Part shown: one piece after another, positions 24,001 to 37,300 of the stretch
Layout: the number at the start of each line of letters is the position of its first letter
How positions within the stretch are numbered: position 1 is the first letter of the stretch
Source of the DNA: Bugula neritina
Lineage: Eukaryota > Animalia > Bryozoa
Reading direction: 5' to 3'
DNA: 64,000 nucleotides
Assembly: GCA_964035545.1 (NCBI GenBank)
Contig: OZ037772.1
Location: 11,034,818 to 11,098,817 of the forward strand
Notes under the pieces: model-generated
The model's input: the letters and a program-made list of their open reading frames with translations, nothing else
The model's database searches: none
Told to the model about the DNA's origin: nothing
Position numbers and translations under genes: made by a program

Positions 24001-27000
24001 CCACCAATAGCATTCTCTGACTGGTTAGAGCCACCATTATCAGGGCCCGTAACTCCTTCAGCCTGCAGCATGTTATTCAGTCTAATTAGTTGAGAGTCTG
24101 GAGTATCGTCTGGTTGTTGGTTCCGGCTGTCTAGACCTGAATATATATTATATTATATTATATTATATTGTATTGTATTATATTGTATTATATTATATTG
24201 TATTATATTATATTACATCGTATTGTATTATACTGTATTATATTATATTGTATTGTATTATATTATGTTATATTGTACTACCTAGTGTAATAAAAAGTAC
24301 AGTATGCACAGCAATATAATACAATTAACAGTAATATGGTAATATATTGTGATATATATATATTGATATATTCTATGTGTATACATTATATATACAGTAA
24401 TGTAGCTTCATGTATAGTACGAGTAATATAATATTACATAGAATATTACTACAATTCTATGTATAGTAATATAATATTGCATAATACAGTAAGATCGTGT
24501 TATGTACAGTAATATACTATGAGACAGGAATTTAAGATAGACTAAGGACTATAAACTGAAACATGGGAACATGGGTTGGCAAGTGTTGAACAGAAAGCAC
24601 TGGTTAGGAAACTCTGGTTAGGAAAAGTGCGCCATCACATATTAACTTTCCTTTTGCCTATAAGAGTCTACATAACTCATCAGTTCAGCTTGACTTAAAA
24701 TAGATGAAATATAATTACGAAATGCAAATAATTAAAAGTTAAAAGAGGCATGGCCCACAGGAATGTGAATTAATTATGCGAGAAGTTGTCACAGGTGTGA
24801 TGTGTCACTGATGGGTTGACAAGCTGTCACAGGTGGGTTAGAGTTGACAGTCAACCCTAGTAGTGGCACTGCAGGGCGAGTGTCAGAATAAATTCAGTGG
24901 TTAGTGGAGAGGGAGAGAGAGTAAGTAGACAAAAATAAGCAAAGTAAGGATAGACTGAATTAAAAGGTATCTGGTATAGAGTCAGCATATAGAAGTAGAG
25001 TCAGCATATAGAAGTAGAGTCAGCATATAGAAGTAGAGTCAGCATATAGAAGTAGAGTCAGCATATAGAAGTAGAGTCAGCATATAGAAGTAGAGTCAGC
25101 ATATAGAAGTAGAGTCAGCATATAGAAGTAGAGTCAGCATATAGAAGTAGAGTCAGCATATAGAAGTAGAGTCAGCATATAGAAGTAGAGTCAGCATATA
25201 GAAGTAGAGTCAGCATATAGAAGTAGAGTCAGCATATAGAAGTAGAGTCAGCATATAGAAATAGAGTCAGCATATAGAAGTAGAGTCAGCAAGCTGGAGT
25301 CAGCATATAGAAGTAGAGTCAGCAAGCTGAAGTCAGCAGCTATAACCAGTTAACCAGATACTATTGATTCATATTAACCACCAGACAGCAAGAGTAAGAC
25401 AAGCAACTGTCAAACATATCAGTTATAATTAGTGCATATCAACTTGCCAATTACAGATAGTAGCCAATTAGGCTAGCGTTTAGTTGGTTTCAGTGTTTAG
25501 GGGGTTTAATATGTCACAGTATATACACTAACTACATACAAGTACACACAGTATATACACTTACTACATACAAATACACACAGTATATACACTTACTACA
25601 TATATAAATACACACAGTATATAAAACAGATACATACAGAGCATGTACACACTGTTTCCACACATAATATATGCACACTGTTTACAAAGTATGTAAATAT
25701 AATTTGCAATCAACATTTGGAATGCGTGGTTTGCTATTAATCACACTGGAGACATTAAGATACTGAATACTTTCTTTTCTGAGCTGTCACTGATTTAGTT
25801 GAGATTCCAAATATTTTCAGCCTCAAATAGAATATGAATAATGAGTGTAGAGTAGAATATAGAGTGAAAGATGTAGAGTAGAATTAATAAAATAGAGTGT
25901 AGAGTATGGGGTATAGAATAGAGAGCATAGAGTAGAAATTGTAGAATAAAGTGTAGAATAGAGTGTAGGGTGTAGCATAGAAAGTTTAGAATAAAGAATA
26001 TAGTGAGAATAGTGAGAGTAGAATAAAGAAAAGAAAATAGAGTATAGAAAGTACAGAGTAGAGTGTAAAATAAAGAGTATAGTGAGAATAGAATGTAGAA
26101 TATAGTATAGAGTATATAGTTTAGAATATAGAGTATAGAGTAAAGTGTAGAATAGAGAGAAGAGTATAGAGTATACATATAGAGTATAGTGTAGAATAGA
26201 GAGAAGAGTATAGAGTATATATATAGAGAGTAGAGTGTAGAATAAAGTATAGAGAGTGCAGAATAGAAAGTGTGGAGAGAAGAGCATGTGGGAAGAAATA
26301 GCACACTTGACTGCGTATCATCTCCCAAGACTGGCATATCAGTTACTACTAACCCAAGACTAATGTGTGAATTATTCAGGTTTTGACAGGAGGAGATTGA
26401 TGGGTAAATGAGAATGAAGTTGTAGCTGGTAACAGTAGTTGAGAGGAGCTAGTAGTGGGTAGTTACTAGTAGTAGTTAATAGGTAGTTGGTAGTTACTAG
26501 TAGTAGTTAGTAGATAGTTGGTGGTTACTAGTAGTAGTTAGTAGGTAGTTGGTAGTTACTAGTAGTAGTTAGTCGTGATAGTTGGTGGTTAACAGTTGGT
26601 GAGTAATAGTTGGTGGCTGGTGGAAAACTACTGGTGGGTAAGAATTGGTGGGTAACAGTTGGTAGTTACTGCTTACTAGTAGAAGTTAGTAGGTAGTTGA
26701 TAGGTAAGAATTGGTGGGTGATAAGTAGGCAGGTGGTGAAAAGTATCAGAAAGTCTATGTCCAGAGGAACTCTAAGCACAAATTACCTGTCTTCTCTTTT
26801 ATTTCTCTCAGCACCTGGTACAGAGCTGGCTTCATTCGGTGAGCATTCAGGGTGTGCTTCCTGAAAGGAACATATCTAGCATCAACACACACATCTCTAC
26901 ACATCTCTCGTGTAATAAACTTCACAGAGCAATTGCGTTTCAGATTTAGAAATTGCCACATACTCATAAACATAAATATGTCAACATAATACAAACTTTT

Positions 27001-28223
27001 GCAGAATTTGTTTCTTTAAAAGGGCAAATATAAAAAGCAGCTGTGTTAAACCAGAGTGGTTAGGTGCAGAATTTTGTAGCATGTGATGTTGTCCGACTAT
27101 AAAATAAAGCCTAAATTCCTAACTAAAGAATATAAACTCAAGCTAAACCAAGATTTACATCTTTGCACTAAAAGTTTATTCTTTAGTAAACTAGCAGCAA
27201 TATGCTCTCTGTTTATCTTTTTTCATATGTCATTGGTATGACCTTTGACCCTTTAACCCAGTAACAGCTGGAATAACAATAAACCTAATAAACAGTGAAA
27301 ACATTAAAAACTAATGAATGGTTATATTTAATGAGTTACACTGTTAAAGGGCAAGACATTCAATTTATGCTGGGATATAACTTATTTAGAAACCTTTTCT
27401 TACAGTAGATTTCCAAAATGAACTTGAATATTAACCTAGAAACTTAGATCAGCTTAACTGAACAGTTTAGTTGAATCTTTGTCTATATTAAGAACTTATA
27501 AACTATAACAGCTATCAGGTCCTTTTGACTTAGAACTAAGGAGTTTGAACAGCTGCTTGCCCCTGGGCTTATACCATTGATTGGTTTTATTATAAAGAAA
27601 CAACAACTCAAAAGCCAAGGCTTAGATTAGTTAAAAAAGTTGAAACTACAAAAATATTCTTTATTCTACCCAATAGATTAGGGAGTTTAAATTTCGTTGT
27701 TAGTTAACACAAAGTGGGTTACTCAAACTGATTAGTGTAACTATTGGGCCAAGTCAGTAGGTAAACACTTTGTATATAGACTAGCAACAGCTGAGTCACG
27801 CTGAGTTATGCTGGATCATTACTTATTATGCTGGGTTATGTTGAGTTATATACATTGCTAGTAGTTATAGAAAGTTAGTACTCATAATTAAGTAATTAAC
27901 TGAAAGAAACCCAGTTGTCAAATTGAGTAACTCATTTACCATTAATTACGTAGGAGCACTGTGATTACTATCATCCTAATCGCAATACTTTGTAACTTCA
28001 TGATTTTGATTATTACTATAACTAATAAGCCATAATTATCAGTAGTTTTTTTCTTTTAACACATAGCCTGAGGCTATATTTTTTCTACAAACCTAGCCTG
28101 TGCTTCATCCAGACTTTGATCAGTGATGGTCATGATTTGCTGCAATATTTGACCGATTTCTTGCTGTCGTCCATCTTGAGATTCATCAAATCCTCCAGCA
28201 TATGTAGTCTGAGGTTGAGTCAT
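21022..28223 (-). CDS. pbx: Pbx/extradenticle TALE homeobox transcription factor, canonical copy, 9 exons, 'Pbx-A'
   Basis: Exons 28223-28093 (..[22 protein letters not shown]), 26860-26787 ([24 protein letters not shown]), 24136-24005 ([17 protein letters not shown]), 23535-23462 ([19 protein letters not shown]), 23096-22906 ([21 protein letters not shown]), 22744-22609 ([26 protein letters not shown]), 22472-22355 ([29 protein letters not shown]), 22006-21810, 21096-21022 (TAG). Confidence 0.97.
23262..23476 (-). repeat. About 38-bp tandem repeat duplicating the Pbx-A exon 4 end and 5' splice site
   Basis: Four extra copies of CAG(T/C)ATGAACAG|GTGAGT..ACATATTTACTATATAGTG. Two extra copies at the equivalent site of Pbx-B (16690-16830). 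Confidence 0.9.
24977..25340. repeat. Near-perfect 19-bp minisatellite (TAGAGTCAGCATATAGAAG), about 16 copies plus degenerate units
   Basis: Directly visible head-to-tail repeats without spacers in Pbx-A intron 2. Confidence 0.95.
25820..26285. repeat. Purine-rich TAGAGTA-type low-complexity repeat
   Basis: Same family as 6010-6520; source of the Y/S/L/I-rich spurious ORFs. Confidence 0.85.
26440..26720. repeat. About 30-bp degenerate tandem repeat (GGTAGTTACTAGTAGTAGTTAGTAGGTAGTT)
   Basis: Five or more visible copies. Confidence 0.8.
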
Positions 28224-29861
28224 TGTGATTTCGATTTATGTTCAACACTAATCAATCTTACCTCATTGAACTGAAATATTAAAAATCACAAGGTTACAAA
28301 ATTAAACTTAATTTAAATTGAGCAACAACAAAAAATTTATCTGCTTAAAATTGCTAAAGAATCAGTTGAATTTCCTTACCATACATCCCTTGACATTAAA
28401 ATAGCTTTGAATTACACTTTAGTTATTTTTACACAACTACATGACTATTTTTTGTAACATCATAGTTACTAGATTATTAACCATGTTCATGTTGATTGTC
28501 ATAATCGAAACAATCAATTAGTTATTAGACTTACTCTTAGAGCTATCAGCTATCTAATCGCTGTGAGTTTCACTGTTAGTGCAACTTGTATTGCTATCCA
28601 ATGACCATTGACTTTGACATTTAGTTTTACTTTGACTTTCAGTCATTAGTATTGACTGTTACTATAACTATTGGTGCTGGTGTTTAGAGATAATATTTGT
28701 AATTGTTATCCTACCAAGACTAACTCTAAGTGACCAAGTCTAACTCTAACTCTAACATTAATAGTAATATTTAACTTTATAGTTGACAAAACAAGTTGAT
28801 GCTATGCCAAAATTTACACTAAATTATTACTTTTTAAGTTATATTTATTTCATTATTACAATAACTATAAGAATTAATATTATAACTTAAAATTTATAAG
28901 TTGTAACTATGGTTATACTTATACAAATAAAATCTTAGCAAAATAAAAACCTTATCGATTGTATACTAATGTAATATGAGTTTACCTTGTTTCAATTAAG
29001 AATAAAAAATTAACAGTGGTTTTGCACCACCACCACCTTTCAGAAGTTGCACCCTGTTGCTTAGTTAGACTTGGTAATACTAATAGTATTAGGTAATTAC
29101 TTACTACTAGTAGTATAGCAGGTTCTAATATCCCTTTAGTATTAAAACATTTGTCGGGATAAAACGATATTTAAGAAGGCGAGAGAACAAAGTTTTTCTG
29201 TTATTGTATAGCGATCAGCTCACAAAGTAAGACAACCTCTAATTATTAAAAACCGTAACTCTCTCCCGTTGCGGAGTTGTTAGTCGTTGCACTCTGTTCT
29301 GTAATAATGAGGAGACAAACCCTGAAACAGCTGCTGTACACAGATTGAGTAATGAATTATATTATTTATACCAAACGAGCGCTTACATCACTGATGCATG
29401 AATTATATCTTTTTAAAAATAAGTTTGATTTAATTACAAAAAAGTCTAAGCACACAATGGTAGAGGAAACATTAATGTGAAAACACCATCATTTGTGCGT
29501 ATAGCAACAGAAATTTGCCTAGATCCATTAACATTTTCAACCAACAAACTATTGCACAAAACCAGAACTTTAGGTATTGCAAGATTGTTATATGCAGCAA
29601 ATTTGAAACTACTACTACTATTTTGGTTGCGATATCTTTTTATGCTGGTAATTGCAAGTATACGTGCAGTAAAATTGCCCCTATATTAGTTGGTGACAGA
29701 TCCTTTTGATAATATTTTTGTATGCCCATGCCATAAACACCATGCTATAAACACATCGTTCTTTGATTACTAGAAGTCTTATTAGTATTAGCTGTAAAAT
29801 AGTATATCAGTATAAGTAACGAATGAATCTTCAATATTATTATTCGATGAAAAAGTGTTTT

Positions 29862-29871
29862 GTCACGTGAC
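29862..29871. promoter_or_regulatory. Palindromic GTCACGTGAC E-box (CLEAR/USF-type) in the Pbx-A/FKBP15 divergent intergenic region
   Basis: Exact 10-bp palindrome in otherwise very AT-rich DNA, with an ETS-like TTTCCGGT about 30 bp downstream. Confidence 0.45.
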
Positions 29872-31367
29872 TTTCTTTAACGCCCACTTGTAGCAAATTT
29901 CCGGTAATCTACATAAGTTGTAAATGAAAATCAAATCAACTAACAATATTGTGAAAATGAAAATTCGAATATCAATATGCTAAACTTTATTTCTGGGTTT
30001 GAAGTAATGCAAATCTAAATAACTAAGTAATATTAAAGTTAATGATGTTAGTAGCAGTAATGTAACAGACTTTTACTTGCTAATAGTAATACTAATAGTA
30101 ATTATTATTATGTTATACCACAGGCACAGGCATATGAATAATTTTATATACTTTAGTTTTATAATTTTAGTTCAACTTTAAGTTTTACTTTTACTTTTGT
30201 AAATTTACTTTTTCAGTTTTTGAGTTTTAAATAACATATAAAATCAATTACAAAATAATTAAATTGGTAATTACTAATTGATACTTACATACTCATAGTC
30301 TGTCATATGTTAAACTTAATGTTGATGTAATATCAATATCAATATGAATATAAATCAAATTGAGATTGAGATTATCATTATTATTATTATTATTATAATT
30401 ATACTTATCGTTACACTTATACTTAGTTTTGTAGTATTTCTTCATATTGATGAGTATTAATTTTAAATTTAACCATAATTATAATCACATCTTTATGATT
30501 ATGAGAGTAAATGAAATACTAATAGTAATAGTAATACTAATAGTAATAGTAATACTAATAATTACTGTCTAATAGTAATAGTATTAGTATTATTCAAATA
30601 TTATCATTATTATTATAAAAATATCATCATTATAGTAATAGATATCATTGTGATTGTCAAAATTACAGTGATAATCTTTATCATAATAATAATCATAATG
30701 ATAATGATGATATTCTTATAATGTTAATGGTAATGCGGATATCTAAATAATACTAATACTAATAGTAATACTATTATTAGTAAGCCTGAAAATAATATGG
30801 TAGTAGATTATATTAATTAGATCTATTTTTATTGAATAGTGATAATTTTGATAGTGGTATTTTGATGATAGTTAGACTGGCCATAAATGTAACAATATTT
30901 AGTACTAGTAGTGATTAATCAAAAATTCAGTTTCACTTAATTGCATAATCAAGTTAACATCAAAGTTTAAATATATTAAAAAGAATAAGTTGAACCTGAA
31001 CTAAAATTCTGGAACTTCAGTTTGAAGTTTAGCCAAGTGACAGTTGAAGTAAAATAATAAAGCGTTATATCAAAGTTAAAATGATTGTACTTATTTATGT
31101 AAAATAAGTAAAAAACATTACTTTCTTGCAATTTCAATTAGCTTTTTTAATTATTTTTTCAATTCGATTTCTAAGTAGTTTTTACAGATGTGATTAGTAT
31201 GATGTATGACACAATGGCTGGTATCGTATTGCTGTAGCTAGTGGTCAAAATCTGGAGAAAATAGTAGGGGTACTGCAAAACTTCCCTAACTTTGATTTCT
31301 GGCTGTAACTGTACTTCCTTGTTGTAATATGCTTTACAGTACAAAGAGATTTGGTCAGCAGTTGACA

Positions 31368-34300
31368 ATGTTTTCTGGATTAGATGACGATGACGATGAC
31401 TTTTCCCTTGGCAAACCTATAAAGTCTGCTTTCAGGTCAGTGAAATCAGCTCAACCATATCAGAATAAAAACTTTTGTTTTATTGCTCAATGATAGCATA
31501 ATTATTTTTAAAATTAACTAGTTACTAAAATTGTTTGTTTGTATATCATTGTATATAATTAGGGAGTCTGGGCTAGGAAGTATTTCAATAATAATTTAAA
31601 TACTTTTTGTCTCATTATAGAGAGTTGATGCATGTTAAGTGCATGTTGTACTATACATCCATATAATATGGCTAATGTTGGGATATCTAATAATGTTAAT
31701 ATGTAAAATGCTGATTTCATATAATTTAATAAAGCTGCTGTATAATGGAATAAATATAGCAATGCTAATATAAATTTATTACTAGATATGTTGTTAATAG
31801 TTCTTATGTTTATTAAAAAGTAAAAGTTTTCAATTATAATTGTAACATAGCTAGTAGGATTAGAACTGCTACAATCTCAGTGTAACAACTGGGTTATCTC
31901 CTTATATTAAATATAGCAGCAATGAAGGATCCAACTTGGCTAGTCTGTTTGGAGGAGGAGCGTCTAACAACCCCTCGCAGTCTCTGACATACACAGCCCC
32001 AAAACAACCACGCAAGAACACCATCACATCTGCAGGTACTTTGCTTGTATTACTTTAAATAGAGATACTGAGTAGTTGTGTCTTACATGTCTTACATTAG
32101 ACTATGGTGAATCTCACGTCAATTGGGAGTTGTCTCACCAGTTCCTTATTAAATATAATGGGTATAAACTTGCATTTCTCTGACTCACTACTGAATAGAA
32201 TTTTTTTCATTTTATATGTATATAGTTTATTTAATTCATGGCTTTATTTTCTAGAATTTTCTACAATATTTTGCAGTTTCCATGAGATCCTTTCAGATTA
32301 AAAATTACATTCTTTCTGCATTTATTGACTGTAAAATATTTTTTCTGTTACTCATATGTGTTGAATTGTTTCAAGATGATGGAAAGAAGAAAGGTGCTGC
32401 CGTTGCATCCACCGTGCTGCAAGCGGCAGCGGTGCACTGCTACAAGCTGATTGGTGGACAGTACGAGAACGTGGGGAAAGTTGGTGCAGCTCTCCTAGGA
32501 GCTGGACAGTCATCTGCAGAGGTGTGTTTAGATCTGATTCATAGCATATAGTATGCTATCCTCACCTATTTCTCTATTGTCCTGTTTGGGTAGCCGGTTA
32601 TGTTATCTAATATATATTATGTATAATAATATATTTATAACATATATTACTACTCACATTGCATCTTATAGTAATTTATATTATATAGTATATAATATAT
32701 ATTAATATTATTATTAGTATTAATATAGATTTATAATATATGTATAATAACATTATTATGGCATAAATTTTATTAGGAACTGTAGACTGGAATGATTATG
32801 ATGTCCTTTTCTATCTACTTCCTTTATTCAGGCAGAGTTTGCGATAATGAGTTTTGCAAATTTAATCTTTCGTAGTTTTCATGCATTTTATATTATTCCA
32901 CAGTATAATATAATAATACATATCATATTACTCCACTGTATAATATAATAATATATTTCATATTACTCTACAGTATAATATAATAATATATTTCATGTTA
33001 CTTTACAGTATAATATAATAATATATTTCATATTACAGTATAGAATACTGCTGTACGTGACCCAGCAGAAACCCGTTGCTAATGCCACTGTAGCAAAAGG
33101 TTTCAAGTTTGAAGTCCTGCCCAGCCGATACGCCAGGTTCTACGACGATTCACAAACACTCTACAGCATCGTCTTTGACAAACAGGAAGTGCTGGACAAG
33201 TTCTCTAAGCAGGTGCTCTAAAGCCTCTCTCTGATACTCAATTTCCTGTATTTCATAGCTATCATTGTATAACATCTCAAGAATGTTTATAATATAACGT
33301 ATTCAATGGCTAGAGTTACCAAAATTTGAATACTTAGCATATTATACATTATATATTCAACTAGACTCATTAAATACTTAGCATGTGTTCCTACAGGTTC
33401 TGTTGGCCGTTAGTCATGTCTCCCACCCTTTAGCTGAAGTTCTCATCCAAGATATGCAAATTGGGGAGGGCAGTGATACACTGCAAGATGGTGACGCGGC
33501 TGAATTAAAGTACACAGGCTGGTTATTGTCTGCTGGCCAACTTACACAGGTATAGAATTGTCCTCTCCTTTTATGCTGTTTCCAGTAACATTACTCAGTT
33601 GTCTCTTTGTGCTTATCAAGTCTTTATGTTCTGAGCCTGCTGCTGCCATATTTTCTATGTCAGTGTTGAAGAATCCCTGACACACTTCATTTAGGCAGTA
33701 TTAAAGTATTTACATATATCTTAGCTATTATCTACATACTGAGGGTTGTATGCTCAAACAATTTCGTTGTTTATACGACCACAGACCTCAGAGCCGACTG
33801 AAAACATCATCAGCAAACAATCAGAAGTCCCAAATTAATTCAGAACATGTTTACACAAAATTTATTATATAAAACAATATTGTTTAAACATACAACCCTC
33901 AAAGAGTCTGTAGATGATAGCTAAGATATATATGAATATTTTAATACTGCATAAATTAAGTGGGTCAGGCTCGTCATATTGATTGAAGTTGATTTGTACA
34001 ACTACTGGTTGTAGGTGATAGATAGCAACATGGACAAGAATAAGACATTTGCTCTGAGGTTAGGTAAAGGGAAAGTAATCAAAGGATGGGAACAAGGTAA
34101 GTTTAATCTTTCTCTATTGTGGTATTTAAGTTGTCTCCCCTGATGTGACATCCTTTTTAAATTTTATTGTAATGCATGTTCTGTGATAGTATATCATATT
34201 GTGGTATTATGATACTATAATATATTATAATCTATAATATGATATTATAACATATATTATTATATTATGATTCTATAACATTGTATTATAATTCTATATT

Positions 34301-37300
34301 ATAGTATTATAATATCCTAATATGATATTATATTACTGTAATATAATTCAAGGAAAGGGAGAAAGAAAAGTACTATAATATAGTGTGTTTTAGGACAAAT
34401 AATTTTACAACAGACATTCTGACACATTTTAGTATTAGTAGAGTTTTTAATTCACTGTTTTGTTTGAGAGAGGGTGGGTTTGAGTCTGCCTCACTGTTGA
34501 TAACTTGTTTATAGGAATTGTTGGTATGAAGGCTCAAGGTCGACGACTGATAGCCATACCTCCCCACTTGGGTTACGGGGAGCAGGGTGTTCCCCAGCGC
34601 GTCCCGTCTAATGCTACCCTGATGTTTGAGGTTAACCTTCTAAGGGTGAGTCATATCTTTCTCTCTGAGTCATGTGACCAGTCCTTGGCATAGCCTTCAA
34701 TGTTAACCTCAACCAATGGGATTGAAAGCATGTCCGGTGTTTTTCTGAATATTAGAAACAAGCTTGTAATGCAATAAAACTCACTCAGGTTTATAGTCAC
34801 TATTCCTGTGAGAAACCTCTGATGGAAAGAGTTTTTAAATAGGGCTAAGGACTTATTCAGGTGGGGCACAGGAGCAATTATAACTGGATGCTCTTCCTAA
34901 CATCACCAGTGGTCTTTACTGGGAATCGAACCCATGACCTCGTGTTTACTAAGCTAACACTCTAACCCCTAGACCACGGCGGCTCCCTTACAGTCTTCTG
35001 TAGTAAATAAATTTCATAAATAATAAAATAGGAAGCTGCAGAATAACAGACATTCTAAAGCTCAGTTCCTAGCTTTATGATACTTTTCTTAGCCTAATTT
35101 CTCTGTTCTATAATGAGCAGATGAAGAAAGAGGCAGCACCAGCCCCACCCCAACCCACACTACCTCCTGTACCTCAGTCTGAGATGACTGCTGAACCCCC
35201 CTCCTTATCTCTGCCTCCCGTTGAAGCTGCTGTCCCAACTGCTGCCCACAGTGCTGACTCTGCTCACAGTCTCCCAGTGCCAGATGCCGGCAGTGTGAGA
35301 GAGAGAACTCGCTCTGTGAACGAACAGCTGGAGGTGAGTGACCAGAAGCTTCTAGAATGTTGTGACTCATGGCCAGCAGTTCCAAACTGAGAAACTCAGT
35401 TAATAGGGCAGGTCGATCGCCGTGTCCTGCAGTTTGCTGCTGCATATTACTAACCTCTTCTATACTTTGTGATTTGAAGATGCATCTAACTGCAGCTTGA
35501 TATTCTTTCTTTAATAATTATACTTGACAAATGTTACTCATAATTACATAATATAAATGTTCTCTCTAGGGTTTCTGTTGGAATATAATAAGAATATGTC
35601 ATTATTTGTAGCTTTCAGGTATTATGTAAACTAGTAGCAGGTTAGTTTCCAGTATGAATTGTTCATGTATACTTTACAGCACACTTCAACCGACAGCTCT
35701 CTGAAGAATAGGATGGCTAAACTAGGCACAGCTATGCTGCCGATGCCCGCTTTCAACTCTCAACTCTCCGCTGACACAGTGCAAGAGGTAAGGACTGGAG
35801 CTGTTACAGTTTTACAGTTAACAGTTTTACTAGACTAGTTAACAGTTGTACTAAATTAGTTAACAGTTGTACTAAATTAGTTAACAGTTGGACTAGACTA
35901 GGTAACAGTTCTACTACTTTAGCTGAATCACCTACTTTCTACTGACACTCGTTTCATGAGGTGACGGATTTCGTCCTTTGACAGCTGTAGCGTTAGTTTA
36001 TGTTAGAGTTTTAGTTTGCTGTTGCCAAAACAGTATTTTTGAGATCATTTCGGAAGGTTTAGTGAACGCAACATCATTATTAAATTATTAATTTGCAAAT
36101 GGTTATATTTTTAACAGCAGCTGCAAAAGTTCTTAGTCCAAATTTGTTATAAAGGCTATGTTTTTATATCAACATTTACATCAAATTTGTTTTTCAATAC
36201 ATTGACATTTAGTTTTATACCTGTTTGCAGTTGCTGATAGTTTAGTTGCTGAACTAACAAACTTTGAACTCTAGCTAATCTCCATGATGTCTAGAGTAGT
36301 ATCATTATCCCCATATAGTGAAAGTAGTGAACAGCTCATCTCTGAAATATTTTCTAGAAGCAAGAGTTATCTCCCCAGAAACAGCACAGAGCTCCAAATA
36401 CTCAACCTACTGCCCAGACAGAACAATCTTCACATTATATTAACCAATCACAGCATCCAACTCAAAACCTCAGCCAACCGCAGCCTCTCAAACAAGTTCC
36501 AATTCAAAGTGCATTCCAGGTCAGCAGCTACAGGATTTGTCACCCCCTTGTTTTAGTAAACTGTTGGTTTTGTGTTAAACATAGAGGCAGGGAAGAGAAA
36601 TTATCTTCTCATGAGATAGTGAATGCAGAAATATACTAAATTGAATGTATTGCTGCAGACTTAATGTAACTTAGTCATATTTATAGCAATTTGAATTCAT
36701 GTTACTAGATGTTGTGTAATTTATTTTAATTAATTTTCAATAGAGGTTTCCTGACACTATCAATTATGCGCGACTCTTATGCAATATATTTCTAAAAGAC
36801 AAAAATAATAAAAAGCCTCACACTATGTGGTGAAATACATTTTCTATATTTATGATAAAATATACTTTGTAAGTTTTGAACTATAAACAACTGCTATCTC
36901 CCAGAACACATTTAAGTTACTTTTGAATAAAAAAATATTTTTGTTTCACGCTGGTTGAAAATTGCATGTATTTTCTTATTACCATCTCTCAAGCCAAAGT
37001 CCTTATGAAGTTTTGAACTACTCTGACAGATAGAAATATGACATGATATTTCAATGTTATAAGCTATTTTCTCTTCTCTCCACTAACATTATAAATTATA
37101 TCATATTCATATGTTATTAATACTGCATATGTGAAAGTTTTAGAGTTATCCTCTCTCTGTATCTTTCAGCCAATCAGCAGTTCCCATCGACCCTCGCCCT
37201 CTCCTTCTCCGAGCATGGTATTTGGCAACCTAGCAGCGCGCCAACAAATGGCGACACCTGATTCGCTGCAGCAGCAGATGTATTGGCAGCAGGTGATGCA

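Noticed and set aside
24977-25340. CRISPR-like array
   Set aside because: Head-to-tail identical units with no unique spacers, in a eukaryotic intron with no cas genes: a minisatellite.
25795-26337. Hydrophobic Y/L/S/I-rich ORFs (also 6229-6498, 17734-18092, 39068-39270)
   Set aside because: Low-complexity repeat artefacts open in multiple frames.
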